Shown piece after piece: positions 54,337-64,000 of a DNA stretch of 64,000 nt. A program made the position numbers and the translations under genes. How positions within the stretch are numbered: the first letter of the stretch is position 1; every line of letters starts with the position of its first letter. The DNA is from Pirellulales bacterium (lineage in GTDB: Bacteria > Planctomycetota > Planctomycetia > Pirellulales > UBA1268): the NCBI GenBank assembly GCA_044336985.1, contig JBIIOK010000002.1, positions 4,199 through 68,198 on the forward strand, written 5' to 3'. The notes beneath the pieces are model-generated. The model did no database searches and was not told where the DNA came from. It saw only the letters and a program-made list of their open reading frames with translations.

Positions 54337-55344
54337 ATGGCAGACATATCGCAGCGGTCGCATTCTCCAGACGACCTGCCGCCCGTCGAGCCGCCGAGCG
54401 CCGCGTTTCTGGTGCAGCTGTTCCTCGTGCCGGGGCTCATTGTCGCCATCATCGTCTGTGTGTGGCTGGCATTCCACTGGCTGGCCCACCTCGGCAACGA
54501 TCCGCAGGCTTATGTCCGCACGCTCCGCCGCGACAACGAAGGCCGCTGGCAGGCGGCGCTCAATCTCGCCAACGACCTCCGCGGCCCCGGCGGCGCGGCC
54601 CTGAAGGCCGACGAACCACTCGCCACCGAGCTCGGCCGCATCCTCGGCGACGAGGTGGCCAGCGGCCGCACCGGCGAGCAGACGCAGACGCTGCGGGTCT
54701 ACCTCTGCCGCGCCCTCGGCGAATTCTCGATCCCCGCGGCCGCTCCGCCGCTCGTTGCACAGGTGAAAAACCTCTCCGACCCGCAGACCGCGCGGGCCGC
54801 CGTCGAGGCGCTCGCCGTGCTCCAGGCCAACCTCGCGGCCGCGGGCCGCACGGCCGACGATCCCGCCGACATCACCAGCGCCGTGATCGCCGCCTCGAAG
54901 AGCGACGATGTGCCCCTGCGGCTCGCTTCCGCCTTCACGCTCGGCGTGGTGGGCGGCCCGGGCGCGGTGGACCGGCTCGTCGAGCTCGCCTCCGACAGCG
55001 CTGACGATGTGCGCTATAACGCCGCGCTCGCCCTGGCCCGGCAGGGCAGGGAGGAGGCGATCGAAGGCCTGCTCGAGATGCTATCGCTCGAGGACACGCC
55101 GCTGCCGGCCGGCGCCGAGCCCGGCGATGCGGCCCAATCGCAGCGCTACAAGCGGGCGCTCGTGGTGATCAACGCCCTGCGGGGCGTGGCCCTGCTCGTG
55201 GATACCACGCAGCAGCCGCCCCCGGAAAATGTCCTTGCCCGCGTGCGGGCCGCCGCGAACGATCCCGTCGGCGACGTGCGGTCGAGCGCCGCGGCTCTGC
55301 TCAAAAAGATCGAACGGCTGACGGCCACCCCGGCCGCCGCCTAG
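54337..55344 (+). CDS. membrane-anchored HEAT-repeat protein
   Basis: N-terminal TM LVQLFLVPGLIVAIIVCVWLAF. HEAT-like DVPLRLASAFTLGVVG and DDVRYNAALALARQG. Confidence 0.7.
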   Translation: MADISQRSHSPDDLPPVEPPSAAFLVQLFLVPGLIVAIIVCVWLAFHWLAHLGNDPQAYVRTLRRDNEGRWQAALNLANDLRGPGGAALKADEPLATELGRILGDEVASGRTGEQTQTLRVYLCRALGEFSIPAAAPPLVAQVKNLSDPQTARAAVEALAVLQANLAAAGRTADDPADITSAVIAASKSDDVPLRLASAFTLGVVGGPGAVDRLVELASDSADDVRYNAALALARQGREEAIEGLLEMLSLEDTPLPAGAEPGDAAQSQRYKRALVVINALRGVALLVDTTQQPPPENVLARVRAAANDPVGDVRSSAAALLKKIERLTATPAAA

Positions 55345-55387
55345 ACTTTCGCTTCCCGTTTCTAAAACCGCCCCAGAGGAGCCCACC

Positions 55388-55840
55388 ATGGCCGTGACCA
55401 ACCAGCAGACGATCGAGCTTCTTCTCCAGGCCTACAGCATGGAGCTCGAGACCGTGATGAACTACCTCGCCAACAGCGTGAACCTCGACGGCGTGCGGGC
55501 CGAGGAGATCAAGAAGTCGCTCGGTGCCGACGTCCCGGGGGAGATCGCCCACGCCCAGCAGCTCGCCCACCGCATCAAGCAGATCGGCGGCCACATTCCC
55601 GGCTCGAAGGCCCTCACGATCGGCCAGCAGATCCAGCCCGTCACCGACACGACCGACGTGGTGGGTGTGATCAAGAGCGTGATCGCCGCCGAAGAGACCG
55701 CGTGCGCCCACTACAAGAAGATCATCAAAGCCGTCGAAGGCGAAGACTACGTCACGCAGGACCTTTGCATTCGCCTGCTCGCCGACGAGGAAGAGCACCT
55801 CGTGCAGTTCAAGGGCTTCCTCAAGGAATACGCCAACTAG
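55388..55840 (+). CDS. ferritin-like (bacterioferritin/Dps-related) four-helix-bundle protein
   Basis: ELETVMNY, EIAHAQQLAHRI, AAEETACAHY, ADEEEHLVQF di-iron-type ligand spacing. Confidence 0.8.
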   Translation: MAVTNQQTIELLLQAYSMELETVMNYLANSVNLDGVRAEEIKKSLGADVPGEIAHAQQLAHRIKQIGGHIPGSKALTIGQQIQPVTDTTDVVGVIKSVIAAEETACAHYKKIIKAVEGEDYVTQDLCIRLLADEEEHLVQFKGFLKEYAN

Positions 55841-55860
55841 AAGCCCGGAGGGCTGGGCAT

Positions 55861-55917
55861 GACAGGCTGAAGCCTATCCTACTTCGGCGGCTTGAGTAGG
55901 ACAGGCTTCAGCCTGTC
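55861..55917. repeat. two family A units in inverted orientation (55861-55882, 55896-55917)
   Basis: 22-nt arms with one mismatch, separated by 13 nt. Together they could form one long hairpin between convergent genes. Confidence 0.85.
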
Positions 55918-55923
55918 GGTCCC

Positions 55924-56757
55924 TTACGACAGCCACTCTTCGAGCGCCTCGCGGAGCATCTCCGTGTCGGGCTCGATGCCCGTCCACGTGTGGAAGTCGA
56001 TCGCCGTCTTCGCACAGTGGATCTCCAATCCGTCGATCGCGCACGCCCCGTGCTTGACCGCCGCCGCCACCACCGGCGAGGGCTGCGGCACAAGCGCGAA
56101 ATCGGCGACGACGAGATCGTTGCGCAGCCCCGCCAATTCGAACGCGGGCTTCGGGCCATCGGCGGGCACCGCCGCCACGACGATGCCCACGCGCTCCGGG
56201 ATCTCGATCGCGGCCTGCCAGGGAAGCACCTCCGCCGGCGCCGCATCGAGCGACCGAAGCGACTCGACGAGCGCGGCGGCCCGCTCTGGCGTGCGGTCGC
56301 AGACGAGAATCTCCGCGACGTTGGCCAACGAGAGTTCGAGCGCCGTCGCCCGGGCGGCGGCCCCGGCCCCCACGATCAGCACCCGGCTGCCTGCCGGATC
56401 GGTGTGGCCCCGCAGGGCCTCGATGGCACCGCGGCCGTCGGTCATGTGGCCCACCAGGCCCGTGGCCTGACGATCGACGAGGCTCACCGCGCCGGCGAAT
56501 GCAGCGGCCGGCGAAGGGGAGGCCACGAATGGCGATGCCGCCGACCGCAGCGGGCCGGAGAGCACCGCACCGCGGAAGCCGAGCGAGTCGATGCCCGCGA
56601 TCGCGTCGCCGACGCGGTCATGGGCGACCTCGAGCGTGAGGAACCGCCAATCGAGGCCGGCCGCCTCGAGCATCCGCTCGTAGAGATACTGCGCGGGATT
56701 GCCGGCCGCCGGGCAGCCCAGCAGGGCAACGATCTCCTGAAGGGCGGGGCTCGTCAT
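55924..56757 (-). CDS. aroE: shikimate dehydrogenase
   Basis: ORF trimmed to MTSPALQEIV. GNPAQYL (in place of the usual SxS), TDGRGAI, Rossmann VLIVGAGAAARA. Confidence 0.85.
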   Translation of the reverse strand: MTSPALQEIVALLGCPAAGNPAQYLYERMLEAAGLDWRFLTLEVAHDRVGDAIAGIDSLGFRGAVLSGPLRSAASPFVASPSPAAAFAGAVSLVDRQATGLVGHMTDGRGAIEALRGHTDPAGSRVLIVGAGAAARATALELSLANVAEILVCDRTPERAAALVESLRSLDAAPAEVLPWQAAIEIPERVGIVVAAVPADGPKPAFELAGLRNDLVVADFALVPQPSPVVAAAVKHGACAIDGLEIHCAKTAIDFHTWTGIEPDTEMLREALEEWLS

Positions 56758-56809
56758 GGGGAAACCTCGGCAGGCATGCAGCCGCGTGGATGGTCTGCGA
56801 GCTGCAAAA

Positions 56810-57379
56810 CTAGATCGTGACACTCGTCACGGCCGCAAACCGAGGATCCTTGCGGATCGGATCGAAGTCGGGCTCGACTTCCATCAGTTCGCGGAACCGG
56901 CCATCGCTCGCGATCGCCTGCGTGAGGTGCTCGATGGCCGCCTGCACTTTTCCGCCAAGGGAGAGATAGCAGGCGAGATTGTAGTGGAGGATCGGCTGCT
57001 GCGGCGACGCCACGAGCCCCTTCTCGAGGATCCCGATCGCGTCGGCCAGCCGGCCCAGTCGCTTCAGGCACCAGCCGAGGCCCAGCCAGGCCTCCAGCCG
57101 CAGCGGATCCTGCTCGGAAACGAGCGTGAGCGGGACGATCGCCTCTTCCCAGCGGCCGAGCGCCCGCAGGGCCTCCCCTTCGAGCAGCTTGGCATCGGGC
57201 TTCGAGCGGGTGGGCTCGGGGAGCTCGTCGAGCGTGGCCAGGCCGCGCAGGAGGATTTTCTGGGCCGAGGCGGGGACCGGCTGATCGGCCTCCACCAGCA
57301 GTTCGCCCAGCTCGATATAGCCCACGGCCTGTCTCAAAATGGCCTGGCGGCGATTCCGGGACATCGCGGTCATCTGCAT
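56810..57379 (-). CDS. TPR-repeat protein
   Basis: ORF trimmed to MQMTAMSRNRR. TPR-like EALRALGRWEEAI, AWLGLGWCLKRLGRLADAI, LHYNLACYLSLGGKVQAAI. Confidence 0.7.
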   Translation of the reverse strand: MQMTAMSRNRRQAILRQAVGYIELGELLVEADQPVPASAQKILLRGLATLDELPEPTRSKPDAKLLEGEALRALGRWEEAIVPLTLVSEQDPLRLEAWLGLGWCLKRLGRLADAIGILEKGLVASPQQPILHYNLACYLSLGGKVQAAIEHLTQAIASDGRFRELMEVEPDFDPIRKDPRFAAVTSVTI

Positions 57380-57536
57380 CGCTCCTTCCTCCGCACCGTG
57401 CCGCTGCGACGGTACCACTCCTTTATACGCAGGCCGGGGAAATTGGGTCGTTCGGCCCATTTTCCCGCGGGGGCCGCGAAAAATCTGGCTACGGATTTTC
57501 CGGGATGGCGCCACATATAGATGGAGGAGAATCCCC

Positions 57537-59861
57537 ATGCGACTCACGCTGCGAACGCTACTGGCCTGGCTCGACCATATTTTGCCGCCCGACGAGCAGA
57601 AGGAACTGGGCGACAAGGTGATCGGGAGCACGGCCTCTCAGCGGCTCCTGGAGCGGATCCGGAAGGTGGTCGAGTGGCCGACGATCTCCGCCCCGCGGAT
57701 CGACGCCAAGGGGCTCGCCGCCGACGCCAACTCCGTGGCCGAGTATCTCACCAACACGCTCGACCCCGAGCAGCTCGAATCATTCGAGCGCATCTGCCTG
57801 GAATCTGACATGCACCTGGCGGAGGTGGCCGCCTGCCACAACCTGCTCGCCACCGCCGAAGCCGACCCGAAGGTTTTCGAGCCGCTCGACCCCCGCGGCC
57901 GTGAGCGGATTCTGGCCGCCGTGAAGCATCGCTCCGCCGCCCTCTTCAGCGAGCTCGAGCGCCGCGAGGCGATCGCCAATGCCCGCGCCGTGCAGGCGGC
58001 GATCAAGAAGCACGAGGAGGAACAAGACACGGTCTACCGTCCCCTTTCCGCTGAAGCGCACTTGCCGACCGAGCGGCCCGCGGCGCCGCCGCAGAAGCGT
58101 TCGTCGCGCGCGGCCTGGGCCGCGGCGGCTACGGCACTCGCGCTCTTGCTCACGCTCGTCGCGCTGCTCGTGAGCTCGGTGATGAAGAGCAACGATCGGA
58201 AGGTCGCGACGCGGCCGGAGCCCGTGCGGGCAGCCGTGGAGGAACCGCCAGCGGCTGTAATCGCGGTTGCGCCCGAGCCCGCGCCGGAACCAGAACCGGA
58301 ACCGGAACCAGAACGAGAGCCAGAGATCACTGCAGAGGCAGGCGCAGAGGCAGTGAAGGCAGCAGTCGTGCAGCCCGCTGCGCCACCGCCGGCACCGGAG
58401 CCTGCTGAGCCAGAGCCCGCCGCGCCAGAGCCCGCACCAGACCAGCAGGCCGCAAACGCTCCCTTCGGACCGGCGCCGCCACCGGCCGCGCCGCCCGAGT
58501 CACCGCGAGTGCCTTTCGGCGATGCGCTTGCGATCGCGGCCACTGCACCGCCAGCCATGCCCGCCGCGACGGCGCCCGCCACCGAGCAGCAGGCATCGCC
58601 ATTCGACGCGCCCGCCGCCGCGGCCAAGCCGGCGGCGCCCGCCGTGGCCCCGGCCGATGCCATCGGGTTTGTCGGCACCGAGGGTGTGGTTTTCCACAGG
58701 GCGACCGCAGCAGGACAGAACGCATGGGAGTTTTTTCCGGCGAACGCGGCGCTCGGGCCGCGCGAAGACCTGATCGCGCCGGCCGGCTTTCATCCCGACA
58801 TCAACATCCGCGGCCTGCGGATCCGCCTCATGCCCGGCACGCGGGCCACCGTCTCGCTCGACCCCGACGGCACGCCGCGGATCGCGATAGCGTTTGGCCG
58901 CGCGGTGGTGCGGGCCAGCAACGGCGACGCACGGCTGGGCGTCACGGCCGACAGGCTCTCGGGCACGGTCATGGCCGGACTCACCGAGCCTGTCGGCATC
59001 TCCGTCGAGCTCGAACGCTTCGCGGGCGCCGATCCATCGACCGAGCCGACGCGGGTGAGGGCGGGGATCGTCGCCGCCTCGGGAGGCATCGTCTGGCGAC
59101 AGGCGGGCGCCGCCAATGCGCAGCTCGCGGGCATCGCGCCGGAAGGAATGCTCGAGGCCCGGACGGCGATCATTTGGGACAGCACCAAACCGGAGGCCGC
59201 CACGATCGAGCGGCTGGCCGCGCTTCCCGACTGGGTGGCCGGCGCGCCGCAGCAGGGCCGGCTCGAGAAGTCGGCAGCCGATGCGCTCGCGGCGAAGGTG
59301 GCGGCTGTCGCGCCGCTCGACCGGGCGCTCCGCGAACTCGCCGCCGACCGGCGGGTGGAAAACCGGATCGTCGCCGTGACCACGCTCGCCCTCCTCGGCG
59401 AATACGACGACCTCGTCGAACTGCTCTCGGCCGACGCCTCCGGCCGCAAGCTGGAGGGCAGGCAGTGGCTCATGCTCGAGGCCGACGCGGTGCCCCTGGC
59501 GCTGGCCCGCGGCGAGCGGTCGGCCGAGCGGCTCCGGGAGGCCTTCGAAGACCGTGGCCCGCACGGCAAGGGAGACCAGCTCTACGAAATGGCCCGCGGC
59601 TTCACCAACGACGAACTCGCCGCGGGGGCCGACCAGGCGCTCGTCGCCGCGCTCGAAGACGACGAGCTCGTGGTGCGGCGCTACGCGATCAAGTGCCTCT
59701 GCGACATCGTGCAGCCATCGGCTACCGACCGGCTGCGCTACCGCCCCGACGGCCTTGCCGACCTGCGGCGCGAGGGGGTGAATTGGTGGCGGGCGCAGCT
59801 CGAGAAGGGGATCATCCGGAGGGGCGATGCACGGCCGAATGCCACCGTCGAAGCGCCGTGA
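57537..59861 (+). CDS. large hypothetical protein: conserved N-terminal domain, TM, Pro/Ala/Glu-rich linker, C-terminal HEAT-like repeats
   Basis: ORF trimmed to MRLTLRTLLAWLDHILPPDEQKELGDKV, an N-terminus common in planctomycetal proteins as I recall. PEPEPEPEPE tract. C-terminal VENRIVAVTTLALLGEYDD and LVVRRYAIKCL. Confidence 0.7.
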   Translation: MRLTLRTLLAWLDHILPPDEQKELGDKVIGSTASQRLLERIRKVVEWPTISAPRIDAKGLAADANSVAEYLTNTLDPEQLESFERICLESDMHLAEVAACHNLLATAEADPKVFEPLDPRGRERILAAVKHRSAALFSELERREAIANARAVQAAIKKHEEEQDTVYRPLSAEAHLPTERPAAPPQKRSSRAAWAAAATALALLLTLVALLVSSVMKSNDRKVATRPEPVRAAVEEPPAAVIAVAPEPAPEPEPEPEPEREPEITAEAGAEAVKAAVVQPAAPPPAPEPAEPEPAAPEPAPDQQAANAPFGPAPPPAAPPESPRVPFGDALAIAATAPPAMPAATAPATEQQASPFDAPAAAAKPAAPAVAPADAIGFVGTEGVVFHRATAAGQNAWEFFPANAALGPREDLIAPAGFHPDINIRGLRIRLMPGTRATVSLDPDGTPRIAIAFGRAVVRASNGDARLGVTADRLSGTVMAGLTEPVGISVELERFAGADPSTEPTRVRAGIVAASGGIVWRQAGAANAQLAGIAPEGMLEARTAIIWDSTKPEAATIERLAALPDWVAGAPQQGRLEKSAADALAAKVAAVAPLDRALRELAADRRVENRIVAVTTLALLGEYDDLVELLSADASGRKLEGRQWLMLEADAVPLALARGERSAERLREAFEDRGPHGKGDQLYEMARGFTNDELAAGADQALVAALEDDELVVRRYAIKCLCDIVQPSATDRLRYRPDGLADLRREGVNWWRAQLEKGIIRRGDARPNATVEAP

Positions 59862-60025
59862 GGAAGCAGGTTTTATCGCCCCCGGGCCGTGTGAGCCGGG
59901 CGGTTTGTCGAAGCGCTGGCGTGAGTGATATGCTCCCGATGGCGGCCTTTTTATGCCCGCCACGCCTGCCGCAGGGTTTGGCCCCGGAGGCGGGCGATGT
60001 TTTGTAGGTGAAAGGAAGAGTCAGG

Positions 60026-60346
60026 ATGCAAATCAAGGTTTCGGCGCGTCACGGCCACCTGAGCCCCGCCTCGCAGTCGAAGATCACCGCGAAGGTTTCC
60101 CGGCTGAAGCGGTATTTCGACCGCATCACGGCCCTCAATGTGACCGTGGACCTCGAAAACTCGGCGCTGCCCGCCGTCGAAATCGTCGCCTCCGCCGAGC
60201 ACTTTCACGATATGGTCAGCCACGAGCACTCCGGCCAGCTCTGGCGCAGCGTCGATGGCGCCGTGCAGAAGCTCGAGCAGCAGCTGCGGAAGCACAAGGA
60301 AAAGGTCCGGGACCACAACCACGTCCCCAACGCCCGGAAGGTCTGA
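60026..60346 (+). CDS. hpf: ribosome hibernation promoting factor (HPF/RaiA family)
   Basis: MQIKVSARHGHLSPASQSKITAKVSRLKRYFDRI ... VQKLEQQLRKHKEK. Confidence 0.9.
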   Translation: MQIKVSARHGHLSPASQSKITAKVSRLKRYFDRITALNVTVDLENSALPAVEIVASAEHFHDMVSHEHSGQLWRSVDGAVQKLEQQLRKHKEKVRDHNHVPNARKV

Positions 60347-60402
60347 ACTCCGCGCCTGGCGACAGACACCCACGCACAAAGCCCCCGAGAGTCCAGTCGA
60401 GA

Positions 60403-60879
60403 ATGAAGTTTTCCGATTTTGTCGCGGTGGATGCCATCCGCTCCGACGTCGATGCCGATAGCAAGCCGGCGGTGATCCGCGAAATGGCCGAGGCGCTCGT
60501 CGAGGCGGGCAAGATCCCGGCCGGTGAGCTCGAAGGCATCGTCAAGGCGATCATGAAGCGCGAGGATCTCGGCAGCACCGGCATCGGCCGCGGTGTGGCC
60601 GTTCCCCACACGAAGCACCCGAGCGTCGATCGGCTCGTGGGCACCGTGGCGGTGAGCCGCAAGGGGATCGAATTCGAGAGCCTCGACGGCGAGCCCGTGC
60701 AGCTCTTCTTCCTGCTCGTCTCGCCGCCGGATCGGCCGGGCGACCACCTGCGGGCGCTCGAGAACATTTCGCGGCAGCTGCGCGACGACGAATTCTGCCG
60801 ACGGCTGAAGGCGGCGCAGACGCCCGCAGAGATCGAACACCTGCTCGAGGAAGCCGACCACCACGGCTTCGTATCGTGA
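60403..60879 (+). CDS. ptsN: PTS IIA-Ntr-like protein
   Basis: RE(D/E)LGSTGIGRGVAVPH active-site histidine context. FFLLVSP. Confidence 0.9.
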   Translation: MKFSDFVAVDAIRSDVDADSKPAVIREMAEALVEAGKIPAGELEGIVKAIMKREDLGSTGIGRGVAVPHTKHPSVDRLVGTVAVSRKGIEFESLDGEPVQLFFLLVSPPDRPGDHLRALENISRQLRDDEFCRRLKAAQTPAEIEHLLEEADHHGFVS

Positions 60880-60896
60880 GCTGCAGCGTGGCACCC

Positions 60897-61220
60897 ATGA
60901 GCCAGGAAACCATATCCCGCGAAGTGGTCGTCGGCATCGAGCAGGGCCTTCACGCCCGGCCGGCCGACCTGCTTGCGCGCGAGGCCCGGAAGTGGCAATC
61001 GCGGATCGAGCTCGTGGGCAAGGCGCAGCGGGTCGACGGCAAGAGCATCCTCGAGGTGCTCACGCTCGCCGCCGAGGCCGGCACCCGGCTGGTGGTCGAG
61101 GCGACCGGTCCCGACGCCCGCGAGGCGGTCGATGCGATCGGCGGCCTCTTCGACCGCAACTTCACCGAACAAAACAACCAGACGAACGAAACAGCCAGTG
61201 GCGCCAGGCGGCAGTCCTGA
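60897..61220 (+). CDS. ptsH: HPr-family phosphocarrier protein (NPr-like)
   Basis: GLHARPA active-site histidine and GKSILEVLTL serine region. Confidence 0.88.
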   Translation: MSQETISREVVVGIEQGLHARPADLLAREARKWQSRIELVGKAQRVDGKSILEVLTLAAEAGTRLVVEATGPDAREAVDAIGGLFDRNFTEQNNQTNETASGARRQS

Positions 61221-61377
61221 CGCCGGTCAGTCAGACCGAACAACCGAGTCCAAACCACAACCGTCCGAACACGAAGGAGCCGCAACGACCCGCCTGGCGC
61301 GGACCGTGCGGGGTGTCTGATCGCCGCCCGAGGGGCGAGCGATCCACCCGCCGGAGTCCCAGCCGCCGGCGCGCGGA

Positions 61378-63126
61378 ATGCGCCCCATGCTGAAACTCCA
61401 GGGCATCGCCGTCTCGCCCGGCGTCACGATCGGCGAGGCGCTCGTCCTCGACGCCGAGGGCTTCCGGATTCCGCGCCGCTTCGTGGAGCGGAGCGCCGTC
61501 GACACGGAGCTCGAGCGGCTTAAAAACGCCGTCGCCCAGACCGCCCGCGACATCGAGCGCAACCGCGATGCCATCCGCGCTGAGCTCGGCGAGCAGTATT
61601 CCGCCATCTTCGACGCGCACCTGGCGATGCTTCACGACGAGCGGCTCCAGGCGGAACTCACGAGCGCCGTCCGCGACAAGAACTGGTGGCCCGAATACGC
61701 CGTGAGCCGCACGCTGCGGCGCTACGCGAAGGTCTTCCAGAACCTCGACAACCACATCTCGCAGCGGGCCCACGATATCTACGACATCGAGAAGGGCCTC
61801 CTCCGCAGCCTGCTCGGGCAGCGGCGCGAGACGCTCGCCGCGATCTCGCAGCCCGTCGTCGTGCTCGCCCACAACCTCACGCCGAGCGAGACGGCCAACC
61901 TCGACCGGCAGTTCGTAAAGGGCTTCGCCACCGAACTCGGCGGCCCGGGCAGCCACACCGCGATCGTGGCCGAAGGGCTCGAGATTCCGGCCGTGGTGGG
62001 CCTGGGCCCGTTCCTCGCCGACGTGTCGGGCGGCGAACCGGTGATCCTCGACGGCAACCAGGGCGTGGTGATCCTCCAGCCCGACGAGGAGACGATCGCC
62101 CGCTACCGGCTCGAGGTGGAGACGGCGCGGACCGTGGCCGCCAAGCTCGACCGCCTCCGCGACCTGCCCGCCGAGACGACCGACGGCGTGCGGATCCAGA
62201 TCACCGGCAACATCGAGTTTCCCAGCGAGGCCGAGCACTGCCTCGCCCGCGGCTGCGACGGCATCGGCCTCTACCGCACCGAGTTTCTCTACCTCACGAG
62301 CAAGAACGAGCCGACGGAAGAGGATCACTTCGCCGCCTACAGCGAGGTGGTGAAGGCGATGCACGGGAAGCCCGTCGTCATCCGCACGCTCGACCTCGGC
62401 GCCGACAAGATGCTCACCGAGCGGACGCCCGAGGAGGAGCGGAATCCCTGCCTGGGGCTCCGCAGCATCCGCCTCTCGCTCCGCCAGCTGCCGATGTTTC
62501 GCACGCAATTGCGGGCCATCCTGCGGTCGAGCGCGTTTGGCGATGTGCGCGTGATGTTTCCGCTGATTTCAACGATTCTCGAATTGCGGCAGGCACGGAT
62601 GGTGCTTGCCGACGTGATGGAAGATCTCGCCGAACACGGCATCGCGTTCAACGCGAAGATGCCGGTGGGCATGATGGTGGAGACGCCGGCCGCCGTGATG
62701 ATGCTCGATGCATTCATCAAGGAGGTCGATTTCGTCTCCATCGGCACCAACGACCTGATCCAGTACACGCTGGCGGTCGATCGGGGCAACAAGGAGGTGG
62801 CCGACCTCTACAACGCCTGTGATCCGGCGGTGCTGCGGCTCTTGCGCCGTTCGCTGGACGTGGCGGGGGAGGCCGGGGTGCCGGCCAATGTATGCGGTCA
62901 GATGAGCGGCAGCGTGATGTACACGCAGCTGCTTCTGGGATTGGGCCTGCGGCAGCTCAGCGTGCCGGCCAGCGCCATCCCGGAGGTGAAGCAGGTGTGC
63001 CGAAGTGTTTCGGTCGCCGAATGCCGCGTGATCGCCGAACGGGCGCTGGCCATGGACAGCGCCCGCGAGGTGAAGAGTTTTTTGCGCGACCAGATGCGTC
63101 GCCTGCTCTCCCAGAGCGTCGCCTAG
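61378..63126 (+). CDS. ptsI: phosphoenolpyruvate-protein phosphotransferase (enzyme I)
   Basis: GGPGSHTAIVAEGLEIPAVVG phosphohistidine motif, GIGLYRTEFLY, SIGTNDLIQY. No N-terminal GAF domain. Alternative ATG at 61387. Confidence 0.93.
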   Translation: MRPMLKLQGIAVSPGVTIGEALVLDAEGFRIPRRFVERSAVDTELERLKNAVAQTARDIERNRDAIRAELGEQYSAIFDAHLAMLHDERLQAELTSAVRDKNWWPEYAVSRTLRRYAKVFQNLDNHISQRAHDIYDIEKGLLRSLLGQRRETLAAISQPVVVLAHNLTPSETANLDRQFVKGFATELGGPGSHTAIVAEGLEIPAVVGLGPFLADVSGGEPVILDGNQGVVILQPDEETIARYRLEVETARTVAAKLDRLRDLPAETTDGVRIQITGNIEFPSEAEHCLARGCDGIGLYRTEFLYLTSKNEPTEEDHFAAYSEVVKAMHGKPVVIRTLDLGADKMLTERTPEEERNPCLGLRSIRLSLRQLPMFRTQLRAILRSSAFGDVRVMFPLISTILELRQARMVLADVMEDLAEHGIAFNAKMPVGMMVETPAAVMMLDAFIKEVDFVSIGTNDLIQYTLAVDRGNKEVADLYNACDPAVLRLLRRSLDVAGEAGVPANVCGQMSGSVMYTQLLLGLGLRQLSVPASAIPEVKQVCRSVSVAECRVIAERALAMDSAREVKSFLRDQMRRLLSQSVA

Positions 63127-63183
63127 CGACGCCGCCCCGACGGGGCGGAGGGCACGGAAGGAAACGAAAGGAAACGACGGGAC

Positions 63184-64000
63184 ATGAAACAGGAAATGCT
63201 GATCAACGTGTCGCAGCCGGAAGAATGCCGGATCGCGATCATGGAAGACGGGGTCTTGGAAGAGCTCTACGTGGAGCGGACCAGCCAGGACAACCTCGTG
63301 GGCAACATCTACAAGGGCCGCATCGTCAACATCGAGCCCTCGATCCAGGCGGCATTCGTCGACTTCGGCGTGGGCCGCAACGGATTCCTCCACATCAGCG
63401 ACGTGGAGCCGCAGTATTACCGGCAGGGCGGCCTCGACCCCGACAAGGCGTTTGACGCGGAGCCGCCGGCCCGCGGCGGCGAGCCGGCCGATGCCGATGG
63501 TGCGCGGGCGGCCACGCGGCGGAAGCCGCGGCTCGGCGATCGGCCGCGGGTGAAGCCCCCGATCCAAGACGTCCTCCGCCGTGGCGACGAGGTGCTGGTG
63601 CAGGTGATCAAGGAGGGCTTCGGCACCAAGGGGCCGACGCTCTCGACCTACATCTCGATCCCGGGCCGCTATCTCGTCTTGATGCCGCCGCTGGGCCGCG
63701 TGGGCATCTCCAAGAAGATCGACGACGAGCACGACCGGCGGATGCTCCGCGACATCATGCTTGATCTCAAGCCGCCGAAGGGCGTGGGCTTCGTCGTGCG
63801 GACGGCCGGCACGGAGCGGACGAAGTCGGAGATGGCCCGCGACATGACCTACCTCCTGCGGCTCTGGAAGAGCATCGTGCGGCGGATGCGGAAGTATTCC
63901 GCGCCGATCGACATCTACCAGGAAAGCGACATGATCATCCGCACGATCCGTGACATGTTCACGGAGGACGTGGGGCGGATCCTGATCGACGAGCCGGCCG
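63184..64000 (+). CDS. ribonuclease E/G family protein (5' partial, runs off the window)
   Basis: Translated by hand: MKQEMLINVSQPEECRIAIMEDGVLEELYVERTSQDNLVGNIYKGRIVNIEPSIQAAFVDFGVGRNGFLHISDV (S1 domain), later VLVQVIKEGFGTKGPTLSTYISIPGRYLVLMP. Confidence 0.9.
   Translation, partial: MKQEMLINVSQPEECRIAIMEDGVLEELYVERTSQDNLVGNIYKGRIVNIEPSIQAAFVDFGVGRNGFLHISDVEPQYYRQGGLDPDKAFDAEPPARGGEPADADGARAATRRKPRLGDRPRVKPPIQDVLRRGDEVLVQVIKEGFGTKGPTLSTYISIPGRYLVLMPPLGRVGISKKIDDEHDRRMLRDIMLDLKPPKGVGFVVRTAGTERTKSEMARDMTYLLRLWKSIVRRMRKYSAPIDIYQESDMIIRTIRDMFTEDVGRILIDEPA

Overview
This is a high-GC bacterial chromosomal segment. By eye it is about two-thirds G+C; I did not compute this. The gene content looks Planctomycetota-like: a DUF1559 protein with a prepilin-type N-terminus, a PEP-CTERM-tagged protease, and many HEAT/TPR and Pro/Ala-rich secreted or membrane proteins. 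I call about 70 protein genes and one tRNA-Arg(CCG). I see no rRNA, no CRISPR array, and no intact transposase or integrase. Most genes are housekeeping: purH, trpC, cysC, rpoD, a tyrA-purL-purQ operon, aroE, cobB, hpf-ptsN-HPr-EI, and the start of an RNase E/G gene. The most unusual content is non-coding. (1) A 22-nt hairpin repeat (family A, about 19 copies) sits at gene 3' ends, is oriented with the gene, and often supplies the TAG stop codon. (2) A 75-115 bp hairpin element (family C, 7 copies plus a solo arm) pairs well as RNA on only one strand because of G.U wobbles, and that strand always matches the local direction of transcription. (3) A third hairpin repeat (family B) has 3 copies plus a fragment. 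(4) At 47.85-48.08 kb a TATAAT box is followed by a ~190-nt structured leader and a textbook intrinsic terminator, upstream of a small membrane protein gene and an OprB-like porin gene. The stretch from about 37.6 to 51.5 kb looks more accessory. It holds an integrase N-terminal remnant, a Coq4-like fusion protein next to a fatty-acid-hydroxylase-family gene and an outer-membrane barrel, a sirtuin paired with a conserved uncharacterised protein, small orphan genes, a frameshifted esterase, and a tRNA at its right edge. I did not find a clear multi-gene novel system such as a defence island. The candidates below are hypotheses drawn from reading the sequence and the ORF translations. No database search was possible.
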